Source: Anaerolineae bacterium
GTDB lineage: Bacteria > Chloroflexota > Anaerolineae > UBA1429
DNA: 64,000 nucleotides
Direction: 5' to 3'
NCBI GenBank assembly: GCA_963675785.1
Contig: OY776562.1
Location: 416,001 to 480,000, forward strand
Shown: positions 30,305 through 39,935 of the stretch, piece after piece
Position numbering within the stretch: position 1 is the first letter of the stretch
How the letters are laid out: each line of letters starts with the position of its first letter
Notes under the pieces: model-generated
Database searches by the model: none
What the model was told of the DNA's origin: nothing
What the model saw: only the letters and a program-made list of their open reading frames with translations
Position numbers and translations under genes: made by a program

Positions 30305-31114
30305 TCAGAGAAACAAGAGGACTGCATAATAGGTGAGCGGTACCGTCACCAGAAGACTGTCCACTCGGTCGAACATACCGCCATGACCGGGGATCAATTG
30401 GGATGAATCTTTGACATGCACCTGGCGTTTGATGGCGGACTCTGCCAGATCGCCAAGAATGGCTCCGATAGAGATAACGAAACCAAGTATCAGGCTCTGC
30501 CACCATTTGAGAGCAATGGGCAGGAGCATGATCAGAAGCATCACGACGAGTGTGCCGACAATGATCTCTGCCGAAGCGCCTTCGATTGTTTTATGTGGGC
30601 TAATCTGCGGCAACAGAGGGGTTTTTCCCCAACGAGAACCAACCAAATAAGCCGCGGTATCGCCAATCCAAGTGCTGACTATGGACAAAAGCAACCACCA
30701 AAAACCTTGGTCCAGGGCTCGTAGGCGCACTGCATAGCTCAGGCAGAAACCGATATAGATGGCCCCAGCGACAGTGAGTGCCCAGCCGTTCATGGTGCCT
30801 TCCTGGTTTTTCCTGCTTAGCTGGATAAAGATTGCGCCTAGCACGAGTAGCAACAGGGTGGTAGATAGGATATTGAATTCGGGGTAGGCGGCATCAAAGA
30901 CAAAAGCTACGGCTGCGATGACCGCGATGGGCAGGCTGGGGCAAGCCGTACCCTGAGGGCCACCTGATTCGGCCTGAACCAGACTAATATATTCGCGCGT
31001 GGCTAATACGGCGCAAAGAGATGTGAAAAGTGTGAGTGCGATATCGCCAAACCAAATGGCTGCAATCACAATAGGTATCAAAACGGCAGCGCTTAGAATG
31101 CGCGTTCGTAGCAT
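30305..31114 (-). CDS. cdsA: Phosphatidate cytidylyltransferase
   Basis: DTAAY, SPHKTIEG, GDLAESAIKR...KDS..IPGHGGMFDRVDS. Confidence 0.96.
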   Translation of the reverse strand: MLRTRILSAAVLIPIVIAAIWFGDIALTLFTSLCAVLATREYISLVQAESGGPQGTACPSLPIAVIAAVAFVFDAAYPEFNILSTTLLLLVLGAIFIQLSRKNQEGTMNGWALTVAGAIYIGFCLSYAVRLRALDQGFWWLLLSIVSTWIGDTAAYLVGSRWGKTPLLPQISPHKTIEGASAEIIVGTLVVMLLIMLLPIALKWWQSLILGFVISIGAILGDLAESAIKRQVHVKDSSQLIPGHGGMFDRVDSLLVTVPLTYYAVLLFL

Positions 31115-31176
31115 GCCTTCTCCTGATTCATAGCGCACACACAGTCAAACACGTCCACAGGAACGGTGCAGCGTTG

Positions 31177-31914
31177 TTATATGGTGCCTTCGGTAACTTT
31201 GCCAAAGCGTCTCTCACGAGACTGGTATTCCACAAGGGCTTTATACAGCTCCTGACGGTCAAAGTCGGGCCAGAAGACAGGTGTCGAGTACATCTCGGCG
31301 TAGGCGGCCTGCCAGATCAAAAAGTTGGAAAGGCGCATTTCGCCAGCTGTGCGAATGATCAAATCCGGGTCTGGTAATCCGGCTGTGTCGAGATAGCTGG
31401 AAAAAGTCTCCTCATTGATCTGTTCGGGTAAAAGGCCATCGTGAATTGCAGCACGCACGGCATTGAGAATCTCGGCTCGCCCGCCATAATTAAACGCGAT
31501 GTTGAGGATGAGTTCGTGATTGGCTTGCGTGGCATTGACTGCATTGTCTATTTTGGTCAACAACCTGGGCTCCAGTCGCTCTCGGTTTCCGATATGACGA
31601 AACTGAACGCCACTGTCATTCAACTCATCCAGATTGCGGTCAATGGAACGCTCGATGAGCCTGAGTAGTGCCCGCACTTCTTGCTCGGGGCGGTCCCAAT
31701 TCTCTGTCGAAAAGGCATAGAGCGTCAAAACCTCAATGCCAAACTCACGCGCAGCACGAAGAATCTCGTATAGGTTGTCCGTGCCAGCCAGATGGCCCAA
31801 CGATCTGGCCAGGCCACGGCTTTTTGCCCAACGACCGTTTCCATCCATGATAATGGCTACATGGCGAGGCACTGTATGCAATGTGGTTGTGCCTTGCGCG
31901 CTGCTCTCGATCAT
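31177..31914 (-). CDS. uppS: Undecaprenyl/polyprenyl diphosphate synthase
   Basis: HVAIIMDGNGRWA, FSTENW, NYGGR, RLSNFLIWQ. Confidence 0.97.
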   Translation of the reverse strand: MIESSAQGTTTLHTVPRHVAIIMDGNGRWAKSRGLARSLGHLAGTDNLYEILRAAREFGIEVLTLYAFSTENWDRPEQEVRALLRLIERSIDRNLDELNDSGVQFRHIGNRERLEPRLLTKIDNAVNATQANHELILNIAFNYGGRAEILNAVRAAIHDGLLPEQINEETFSSYLDTAGLPDPDLIIRTAGEMRLSNFLIWQAAYAEMYSTPVFWPDFDRQELYKALVEYQSRERRFGKVTEGTI

Positions 31915-32471
31915 TACACTTCCATAATCTCGGCCTGCTTTTGCTCACCCAATTCATCGCTCTGTGCGATGTACTTGTCGGTGAGTTTTTGTAGGTCCTC
32001 TTCAGCAACTCGAAAATCGTCTTCGGTCAGTTCTTTGCCCTTTTTGAGGTCGTCCAACTCTTTGCGGGCGTCTCGCCGCAGATTTCGAATGGATACGCGA
32101 CATTCTTCCAACCGCTTGTTCACCATACGGGCGAGGTCTCTACGACGCTCATCAGTGAGTGCGGGAATAGAAAGACGTATGACACGACCATCGTTGTTGG
32201 GGGTAAGGCCAAGGTCCGACTTGAGAATCGCCTTTTCGATGGCCCCAATAACGCTGGTATCCCAAGGACGAATCATGAGCATACGCGGTTCCGGAGCAGA
32301 CACTGTGGCCATTTGGTTGAGGGGCATGGTAGAACTGTATGCGTCAACCATTACATTATCAAGAAGTGCAGGGGCTGCTCGACCTGTGCGGATCGTCATG
32401 AGGTCACTTCTAAAGGCAGCGACGGATTTCTCCATGCGTTCTTCGTATTCAAATAGGACTTCGTCGCTCAT
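31914..32471 (-). CDS. frr: Ribosome recycling factor
   Basis: IRTGRA, LGLTPNNDG, RVSIRNLRR; ATG 32471 after GGAGG. Confidence 0.97.
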   Translation of the reverse strand: MSDEVLFEYEERMEKSVAAFRSDLMTIRTGRAAPALLDNVMVDAYSSTMPLNQMATVSAPEPRMLMIRPWDTSVIGAIEKAILKSDLGLTPNNDGRVIRLSIPALTDERRRDLARMVNKRLEECRVSIRNLRRDARKELDDLKKGKELTEDDFRVAEEDLQKLTDKYIAQSDELGEQKQAEIMEV

Positions 32472-32571
32472 GAGCAAACCTCCAGTTTCTATACGAGTAT
32501 GCTGATGGAGCCCATACATAATAATAGCGGGAGTAGACCTGACTGTCCACTCCCACACAGTGTACTACTTA

Positions 32572-33309
<738 letters not shown>

Positions 33310-33316
33310 CTACTGA

Positions 33317-33901
33317 TCAGCCGATCTGGAAGCGTGCAAATCTCTTGACCATGATATTTTCGCCCAGCTTGGCGACACTTTCTGTAATGAGCTGCTGAAC
33401 GGTCTTTTCCTCATCGCGGATAAAAGTCTGCTCAAGGAGACAGTTCTCCTCATAGAACTTGGCCAACTTGCCATCGATGATTCGACCAACGATGTGCTCG
33501 GGCTTGCCGGCAACATCATCGGCGTACTTGGCTTTTTCTTCTGCCAACGTTTCGACAGGAACATCATCACGAGAGACCCACTGCGGTGCGGCAGCAGCTA
33601 CATGCATGGCCAGGTCGTGGCAGAGTCCCAAAAAGGTGTCAGTGCGCGCCACAAAGTCTGTCTCACAGTTGATTTCGATCATGGCGACAAGCTTGTTGCC
33701 CGGGTGCTCGTAGACTTCGATGCGGCCATCAGAGGCTTCACGGCCGGCCTTTTTCTGGGCACTGGCCATGCCTTTTTCTTTGAGAATCTCTGCAGCTTTT
33801 TCGATATCACCATCGGTTGCATCCAGGGTGCGCTTGCAATCAAGGATGCCGGCCCCTGTCTTCTCTCGGAGCTCTTTGATCATCTCGGTGGTCACAGCCA
33901 T
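33317..33901 (-). CDS. tsf: Elongation factor Ts (short form)
   Basis: LREKTGAG..DCK, EINCETDFVA. Confidence 0.97.
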   Translation of the reverse strand: MAVTTEMIKELREKTGAGILDCKRTLDATDGDIEKAAEILKEKGMASAQKKAGREASDGRIEVYEHPGNKLVAMIEINCETDFVARTDTFLGLCHDLAMHVAAAAPQWVSRDDVPVETLAEEKAKYADDVAGKPEHIVGRIIDGKLAKFYEENCLLEQTFIRDEEKTVQQLITESVAKLGENIMVKRFARFQIG

Positions 33902-33926
33902 TATTAGATACTCCTTTTTCACAGAG

Positions 33927-33960
33927 CTGGCGCAGTTGGGACATTGCCCCACTGCGCCAG
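33927..33960. other. Intercistronic hairpin between rpsB and tsf
   Basis: CTGGCGCAGT...ACTGCGCCAG inverted repeat. Confidence 0.6.
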
Positions 33961-33981
33961 TGTGCAATTTTCTAGTAGGGA

Positions 33982-34797
33982 TTATTCGTCTTCATCAATG
34001 ATGAACATATCGTCATCATCGTCAGTATCACTCGTATCATCGAAATCTTCATCGTCGCCAGCGAGACCTGCACCCAGCTCTGCGTCCGGAATAACTTCCT
34101 CAACGGTTTCACCGCGCATGTTCTGCCCTTCGATGACTGCGTCTGCAATCTTGGTGGTAATCAGGGTGATCGCGCGAATTGCATCATCGTTAGACGGAAT
34201 GACGAAATCGATGGGATCAGGGTTCGAATTAGTATCAACAAGTGAGATTACTGGAATCCCCAGTCTGTTCGCCTCTTGCACTGCAATATCATCTAGGTTG
34301 CTATCGATGATGAACAGAGCCTGCGGCAGTCTGGTCAAGTTACGCAGACCACCAAGGCGTCGATGGAGCTTGGTGAGCTCCCTGACTTTGAGGGTGGTTT
34401 CCTTTTTGGGGAGAACATCCCATACGCCACTCGCTTGCTGATCTTCAAGGCGAAGCATGTGGTCAACACGGGTGCGAATGGTGGTGAGGTTGGTCAGGGT
34501 TCCACCGAGCCAGCGCTGATTGACATAAGGCATGCCGCAACGGCTAGCCTGTTCAGCAACAACTGCCTGGGCTTGACGCTTGGTGCCCACAAAAATGATG
34601 GTTCCGCCCTTGGCGACAGTTTCGCGCACAAAATTGCTGGCGCGATCAAGCGCGTTGACGGTTTGCTGAAGGTCGATGATGTGAATGCTGTTGCGCTCGG
34701 TAAAAATGTAGGGGCGCATCTTGGGGTTCCAGCGGTTGCTGCGGTGCCCAAAGTGCACGCCAGCTTCAAGAAGCTGCCTCATGGTTACTACTGACAT
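33982..34797 (-). CDS. rpsB: 30S ribosomal protein S2
   Basis: [30 protein letters not shown]. Confidence 0.98.
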   Translation of the reverse strand: MSVVTMRQLLEAGVHFGHRSNRWNPKMRPYIFTERNSIHIIDLQQTVNALDRASNFVRETVAKGGTIIFVGTKRQAQAVVAEQASRCGMPYVNQRWLGGTLTNLTTIRTRVDHMLRLEDQQASGVWDVLPKKETTLKVRELTKLHRRLGGLRNLTRLPQALFIIDSNLDDIAVQEANRLGIPVISLVDTNSNPDPIDFVIPSNDDAIRAITLITTKIADAVIEGQNMRGETVEEVIPDAELGAGLAGDDEDFDDTSDTDDDDDMFIIDEDE

Positions 34798-34802
34798 AAT
34801 TC

Positions 34803-34890
34803 ATTCCTCCGTTGCTGTCACCCGTATCTCTTTAACGGGGGCGAACCAGCGCAATTGCTGGCACGGCGCCTCCCAACGAGATACGTGTTA
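34803..34890 (-). ncRNA. rpsB 5' leader (S2 autoregulatory, t44-like structure)
   Basis: Minus strand CACGTATCTC...GAGATACGGGTG stem enclosing a GC hairpin just before the GGAGG SD, resembling the enterobacterial rpsB leader. Confidence 0.6.
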
Positions 34891-34918
34891 AATGTGCGAG
34901 CCAGACGCCCGCTCAGCA

Positions 34919-34947
34919 AGTATATCATGTCCATGGTTGCACGCCAA
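34919..34947 (-). promoter_or_regulatory. rpsB promoter
   Basis: TTGGCG-N17-TATACT with an extended TG. Confidence 0.55.
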
Positions 34948-35041
34948 ATGACATAGCGAATTGCACAGGCTGGTTCGTGTTATTGTAGTGTGCTATAATA
35001 GCTACCTAGTTAGTTTGGAACCCCATGATGGAGTCTAATAC

Positions 35042-35245
35042 ATGTTAAGCGAAGAACTTTTAGCTGTTCTTGCCTGCCCTCGATGCAGGTCACGTCTTGT
35101 TCTGGAACGTGAAAATTGGCTTGTCTGCCAGAATTCTGATTGCTCATGCAAATACCCTATCAAAGATGGTATCCCCAATTTGCTCGTTGAAGAAGGGGAA
35201 CGTTATCGGAACACGAGTGTCGATGAACTTGTCCAGATTCCCTAA
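35042..35245 (+). CDS. Trm112/YcaR-family small protein
   Basis: LLAVLACPRC...YPIKDGIPNLL. Confidence 0.9.
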   Translation: MLSEELLAVLACPRCRSRLVLERENWLVCQNSDCSCKYPIKDGIPNLLVEEGERYRNTSVDELVQIP

Positions 35246-36374
35246 GAGACGGTTAGAGAATATTCTCTGTGTGTTGGCCATGTTGCTCTTGATCGCCATC
35301 ATGCCTGTTTCTGCTCAGAGCACAAGTGCTTCTGAGATCAGTTACAGCTTTGGCGAGTCTATTGCCTTTGGCCTCGATACCAAACTCGATAATCCTTTGG
35401 CTGATTGCGTTCTCTTTTTTGGTAGGGTTGGTTCCCCGCTTGTCCGACGCGTTTACCCCGATTTTCAACCCATTCGCGAGCAGACCCTGAGCTACGTCGA
35501 AGAGCTTGTAGTGGGGCAATATGCCCCCGGAACAGAGTTCAGAGTATGGTGGGAACTGACGGATGCGACCGGACAGGTGCTGAATACACCTATAGAGACC
35601 TTTGTCTATAACGACAATTCTCAGGATTGGGCCTTGCTTCAGGGTGAGGGCATCGATCTTTACTGGTATGGTGATGAGGACAATGCTCAGGAGATCCTCG
35701 ATGCGGCCGAGGCAGCCCTGGTGCGATTAGCTGACCAGATGAGTGTATCAGCACCTGGCACCGTCAATATTTACACCTATCAGAGTTCACGCGATATGGC
35801 CTCAGCACTTTCTGTACGCGCTGAGGGCTATGATGAGTATGTCATCACGCTGGGCGTTGCTGTTGATGAAGACACTTTGCTCCTGCTCGGCACGCATGAT
35901 GGTGCCATGCTTACGGTGGCACACGAGTTGAGCCACATCATTGTTGGACAGATGATGCCTAGTGCATTTGCGAACATGCCGAGCTGGTTGGATGAGGGCC
36001 TGGCCATGTATGCCGAGGAAGAGTTGCCCGTCAGCAACCAGAACGCACTAGATGCGGCAGTCGAGGACGATGCACTCTTGTCACTCCGTTCGATGACAAC
36101 TTATTCTGGGGATTCCTCATTGGTGGATCTCTATTATGGCGAGGCCTGGTCGGTTGTCGATTTCATGGTCAGTAGCTATGGGCAAGATGCACTTTGTGAT
36201 CTTCTGGCTGAGCTCAATACAGGAATCAATCAAGACGAGGCTCTGCAAAATGTCATTGGCGTAGACCTCGATGGGCTTGAAGATGCTTGGCGCGCCAGTC
36301 TGGGCCTTGAACCGCGCACCGATACAGCCAGAGCGACTAGCGAAATTTTGATTGCGGCTCTGCCCTGTGCCTGA
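35223..36374 (+). CDS. Secreted peptidase MA-family (gluzincin) protein
   Basis: Signal peptide, HELSH...PSWLDEGLA, Y.EAWS. Confidence 0.8.
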   Translation: MNLSRFPKRRLENILCVLAMLLLIAIMPVSAQSTSASEISYSFGESIAFGLDTKLDNPLADCVLFFGRVGSPLVRRVYPDFQPIREQTLSYVEELVVGQYAPGTEFRVWWELTDATGQVLNTPIETFVYNDNSQDWALLQGEGIDLYWYGDEDNAQEILDAAEAALVRLADQMSVSAPGTVNIYTYQSSRDMASALSVRAEGYDEYVITLGVAVDEDTLLLLGTHDGAMLTVAHELSHIIVGQMMPSAFANMPSWLDEGLAMYAEEELPVSNQNALDAAVEDDALLSLRSMTTYSGDSSLVDLYYGEAWSVVDFMVSSYGQDALCDLLAELNTGINQDEALQNVIGVDLDGLEDAWRASLGLEPRTDTARATSEILIAALPCA

Positions 36375-37185
36375 ACTCCCCGAGGTCGAAACCATTGCCC
36401 GTGGTTTGCAGGGGTTGGTGGGGGAAACAATTCGCACTGTAGAGGTGCGTTGGCCGCGCATCATTGCTGAACCATCTGTTGAAGCGTTTATCTCGCTTGC
36501 ACAGGGTCGTACATTTACGGCCGTTTCTCGCCGGGCCAAGTTTCTGGTTTTTGAACTGGATCAGGGTGTGATGATCTTACACCTGCGCATGACGGGACAG
36601 CTCTGCTGGCGCTTTGATGAGCAGTGTATGCCAGATGATAAACATATGCATCTGTCGCTTGCACTTGATTCGGGCAAAGCCTTGGACTATCGCGACGTGC
36701 GCAAGTTTGGTCGATTTTGGCTGGTAGAAGACAGTGCCCAGGTTCTTGGTGACTTGGGCCCCGAACCTCTGGATGCCGGCCTGGATGTGGCCGTATTTTT
36801 TGATATGCTTAGCACCCGCAAGCGAATGCTCAAGGCCCTGTTGCTAGATCAACACTTTATCGCAGGTTTGGGCAACATTTATGTGGATGAATCTCTATGG
36901 CGGGCGAGCTTGAATCCTGCTCGATTGGGAAGTTCATTGACATTCGCTGAGGCAGATATTCTGTTGAGCGCTATTCGCCAGGTTCTGCTTGGGGCGATCG
37001 CCGCGCGCGGTACGACCTTGCAGGATTATCGTGATTCTGAGGGACGGTCTGGTGAGAATCAGCACCGCCTTGTGGTGTATAACCAGCAAGGAGCCCCTTG
37101 TCCACGGTGTGGTACCCTGATTGAAAAAGGCCTTGTAGCTGGAAGGGGAACGCATTATTGCCCTGTATGCCAGCCTGATGCTTGA
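36367..37185 (+). CDS. mutM: Formamidopyrimidine-DNA glycosylase
   Basis: PELPEVE, HLRMTG, GLGNIY.DE, C-terminal zinc finger; GTG start. Confidence 0.97.
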   Translation: MPELPEVETIARGLQGLVGETIRTVEVRWPRIIAEPSVEAFISLAQGRTFTAVSRRAKFLVFELDQGVMILHLRMTGQLCWRFDEQCMPDDKHMHLSLALDSGKALDYRDVRKFGRFWLVEDSAQVLGDLGPEPLDAGLDVAVFFDMLSTRKRMLKALLLDQHFIAGLGNIYVDESLWRASLNPARLGSSLTFAEADILLSAIRQVLLGAIAARGTTLQDYRDSEGRSGENQHRLVVYNQQGAPCPRCGTLIEKGLVAGRGTHYCPVCQPDA

Positions 37186-37217
37186 GCGACAGACGTCCAA
37201 ATAATTCAGGAGTACTC

Positions 37218-37955
37218 ATGTCAGTTCAACAGGGAGCAGTTGTGCGCGTGTTGATAGTGGATGACAATATTGACCTTGCGCAAAGGGCAGGTGTCCATCT
37301 TACCAAGGCCGGGTATGATGTCAGGGTCGCTTATAGCGGCGCTGAAGGGCTTGAAGCCGCCTTTGTGTTTCAGCCTGATATCGTCGTGCTCGATATCATG
37401 ATGGAAGGTATGGACGGCTGGGAAGTCTGCAAGCGGTTACGCTCATGTTCCAGCACTTCTATTCTGTTTGCCACGGCCAAGGGCGAAGAGGTGAACGTGG
37501 TTCGCGGCCTTGATATGGGGGCTGACGGCTATATCGCCAAGAGCTACACCATGGAAGAGCTGCAAGCACATATCGAGGCCACGTTGAGGCGCTCTCGGGG
37601 AGAGGACGCGAGCAAGGGTAGAGAAAGACGCGTTCGAACTGACGGCCATCTAAGTATTGATCTGGATCGAAATCAGGTGATGCTGGAGGGTAAGCCTATT
37701 AGGATGTCTCCCAAGGAATACCAGGTTCTTTCTTACCTTGTTTTGGCTGAAGGGCATCTAGTTCGATATACAGAATTGCTCGAGGGTATTTGGGGCGAGG
37801 CTTATCGCACAGATACAACCCATCTGGCCATATATATCTCACGGTTGCGGCAAAAGATTGAGCGCGATAGCCACGTGCCAGAATACATTATTACACGTCA
37901 CAAGCTCGGTTACGAGTTTCAGTGGCCAAATGGAACCACATATTTGAGTAGGTAG
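37218..37955 (+). CDS. OmpR-family response regulator
   Basis: VDDN, LDIMM, TAK, GADGY..K, winged helix. Confidence 0.92.
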   Translation: MSVQQGAVVRVLIVDDNIDLAQRAGVHLTKAGYDVRVAYSGAEGLEAAFVFQPDIVVLDIMMEGMDGWEVCKRLRSCSSTSILFATAKGEEVNVVRGLDMGADGYIAKSYTMEELQAHIEATLRRSRGEDASKGRERRVRTDGHLSIDLDRNQVMLEGKPIRMSPKEYQVLSYLVLAEGHLVRYTELLEGIWGEAYRTDTTHLAIYISRLRQKIERDSHVPEYIITRHKLGYEFQWPNGTTYLSR

Positions 37956-38060
37956 GGTTAACCAAAGGGTAATACGCATTATACTTGGCTGTAACCTTGA
38001 TCTGGTAAAGTGTAGTTGTTTACTGAGTTATTAAAGTGCATTGATATCTGGCGGTGTCGT

Positions 38061-38753
38061 ATGGTGGACAGGGTCGCGGTTTTGGTTGTGGATGGACAGC
38101 TTGGCTGCAGAGCCTGCGGTGTCCTTCGTGAAGCGGGTTATCAGGTCAAAGAAATCCGTTTTGCCCCCGACCTTATTGAGCAGCTTGTTGATTTCGAACC
38201 GCGCCTTGCCATTTTTGCCACAGAGCGTTTGAACCGCCTTGTACGAGAAACGTTAACTGGGGTCATCGAGGAGAGTTTGTGCCCAGTATTTGTTATTGGC
38301 TCTGACCCCGAAGAGGATTTTGTGATCGAAGCGCTTAAACTGGGCGCGGATGGGTGCCTTGTCGAACCCTTTGGTGATACTGAACTTGTGGCTCGCGTCG
38401 AGGCGCACCTTCGTCGTTTCTGGGACTGGGGCTTGGGGCGCAGGGCGGTTCGTCCTGATTTAGTTGTGGATGGTCTTTCGTGTTCGGTGCTTGTGCAGGG
38501 TAGAGAAGTGCGCCTAACACCTACCGAATACCGCTTGATTTCCACTCTGGCAGACTATTCGGGTGAAGTTGTATCGAGTGAGGACCTTTGTCAGCATATC
38601 TGGGGTCTGGAAGACGACACCTCGTCGAGTACTCTTCGCCTGTATATCTCACACCTTCGCAAAAAGTTGGAAAATGATCCTAGACGCCCTCGTTATCTCA
38701 AAACCAAATGGGGCGTGGGCTATTACTTGGACTCTGATGGGTCCGAGAGTTAG
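38061..38753 (+). CDS. OmpR-family regulator with atypical (pseudo-)receiver domain
   Basis: Intact wHTH (LTPTEY..L, LRKKLE, WGVGY); receiver lacks the phospho-Asp and the conserved Lys. Confidence 0.85.
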   Translation: MVDRVAVLVVDGQLGCRACGVLREAGYQVKEIRFAPDLIEQLVDFEPRLAIFATERLNRLVRETLTGVIEESLCPVFVIGSDPEEDFVIEALKLGADGCLVEPFGDTELVARVEAHLRRFWDWGLGRRAVRPDLVVDGLSCSVLVQGREVRLTPTEYRLISTLADYSGEVVSSEDLCQHIWGLEDDTSSSTLRLYISHLRKKLENDPRRPRYLKTKWGVGYYLDSDGSES

Positions 38754-38767
38754 ATCTGCTTTTCCCG

Positions 38768-38796
38768 AGCCGCATCTTGATGATGCGGCTTTTTTT
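38768..38796 (+). terminator. Intrinsic terminator
   Basis: AGCCGCATC-loop-GATGCGGCT followed by a T run. Confidence 0.85.
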
Positions 38797-38918
38797 GTTG
38801 GGCGTGATATGGTGCTGAGAACTGCAATTGGCTGCACATCGTGCTATACTAGAACCCGCACAAGGGTGTGCCAGTATAATAGTTGCTGTGAGGCTCGGAT
38901 GGTCCGGGGAGGACAGGC

Positions 38919-39899
38919 ATGGAAAGCGGCGTCAAGATCTATGGCGAGATTGCACTTTTGAGTGGTTCGGCTAACCCAGAGTTGAGCCAGCATATTTCAA
39001 AATCGATCGGTGTACCGCTTTTAGATGTAGATATTCGCGTGTTTGAGAATGAGAATATTTTCGTTCAGCTCAAAGAGTCCGTACGTTCGCGTGATGTTTT
39101 TATTATTCAGCCTACTTGTTCTCCTGTACATTATAATATTATGGAACTGCTCATCTTGCTAGATACGGTCCGGCGCGCCTCTGCTGGCCGCGTAACAGCG
39201 ATCACACCTTATTTTGCCTATGCCCGTAGTGACAAGAAAGATATGCCGCGCGTTCCCATAACTGCCAAACTAGTTGCAGATATGATTGAAGTGGCTGGCG
39301 CCGATCGCTTTATGTGCGTCGATCTTCATGCCGGCCAGATTCAGGGCTTCTTCCAGATGCCCGGTGACGAGTTGTCGGCTTTGCCGATTATCACAGAATA
39401 TTTCAAGCAAAAGGAACTTGGGGACCTTGTCGTCGTGGCCGCTGATCTCGGCTTTGCTAAAAAAGCTCGAAACGTTGCTCAGCAGCTTCATGCACCGGTT
39501 GCCTTTATTGAAAAACGCCGAACCGGGGATGCTACCGAAAGCCTTACCGTGATTGGTGATGTTCAGGGCAAGAATGTACTCATGGTTGATGATGAAGTAG
39601 ATCGCGCCACGACAATGGCTGGTGCGGCCAAGAGGCTGCATGAAGTTGGGGCAAATAAGGTCTATGCCGGGTTCATTCATGCTACATTCTCTGGTGATGC
39701 CCTGGAGCGTCTTGGCGGAGCAGGTTTTGAAGAGATCGTTTGCACCAATACAGAGCCCATTCCTAATGCCAAGCTGCTTCCTAACCTTCGGGTGATTGAC
39801 CTTGGCCCCTGGCTCGGAGACATCATTATGGCTGTTCATTCGGGTCAATCCGTCGGACGCACCATTCAGGACTATGTTCCCCGGTTTACCCTCGATTAG
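38919..39899 (+). CDS. prs: Ribose-phosphate pyrophosphokinase
   Basis: PYFAYARSDKK, DLHAGQIQGFF, IEKRR. Confidence 0.92.
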   Translation: MESGVKIYGEIALLSGSANPELSQHISKSIGVPLLDVDIRVFENENIFVQLKESVRSRDVFIIQPTCSPVHYNIMELLILLDTVRRASAGRVTAITPYFAYARSDKKDMPRVPITAKLVADMIEVAGADRFMCVDLHAGQIQGFFQMPGDELSALPIITEYFKQKELGDLVVVAADLGFAKKARNVAQQLHAPVAFIEKRRTGDATESLTVIGDVQGKNVLMVDDEVDRATTMAGAAKRLHEVGANKVYAGFIHATFSGDALERLGGAGFEEIVCTNTEPIPNAKLLPNLRVIDLGPWLGDIIMAVHSGQSVGRTIQDYVPRFTLD

Positions 39900-39935
39900 A
39901 CTTCTCGCTTTGCGAGTTGTGTTGCGGAGTATTGT

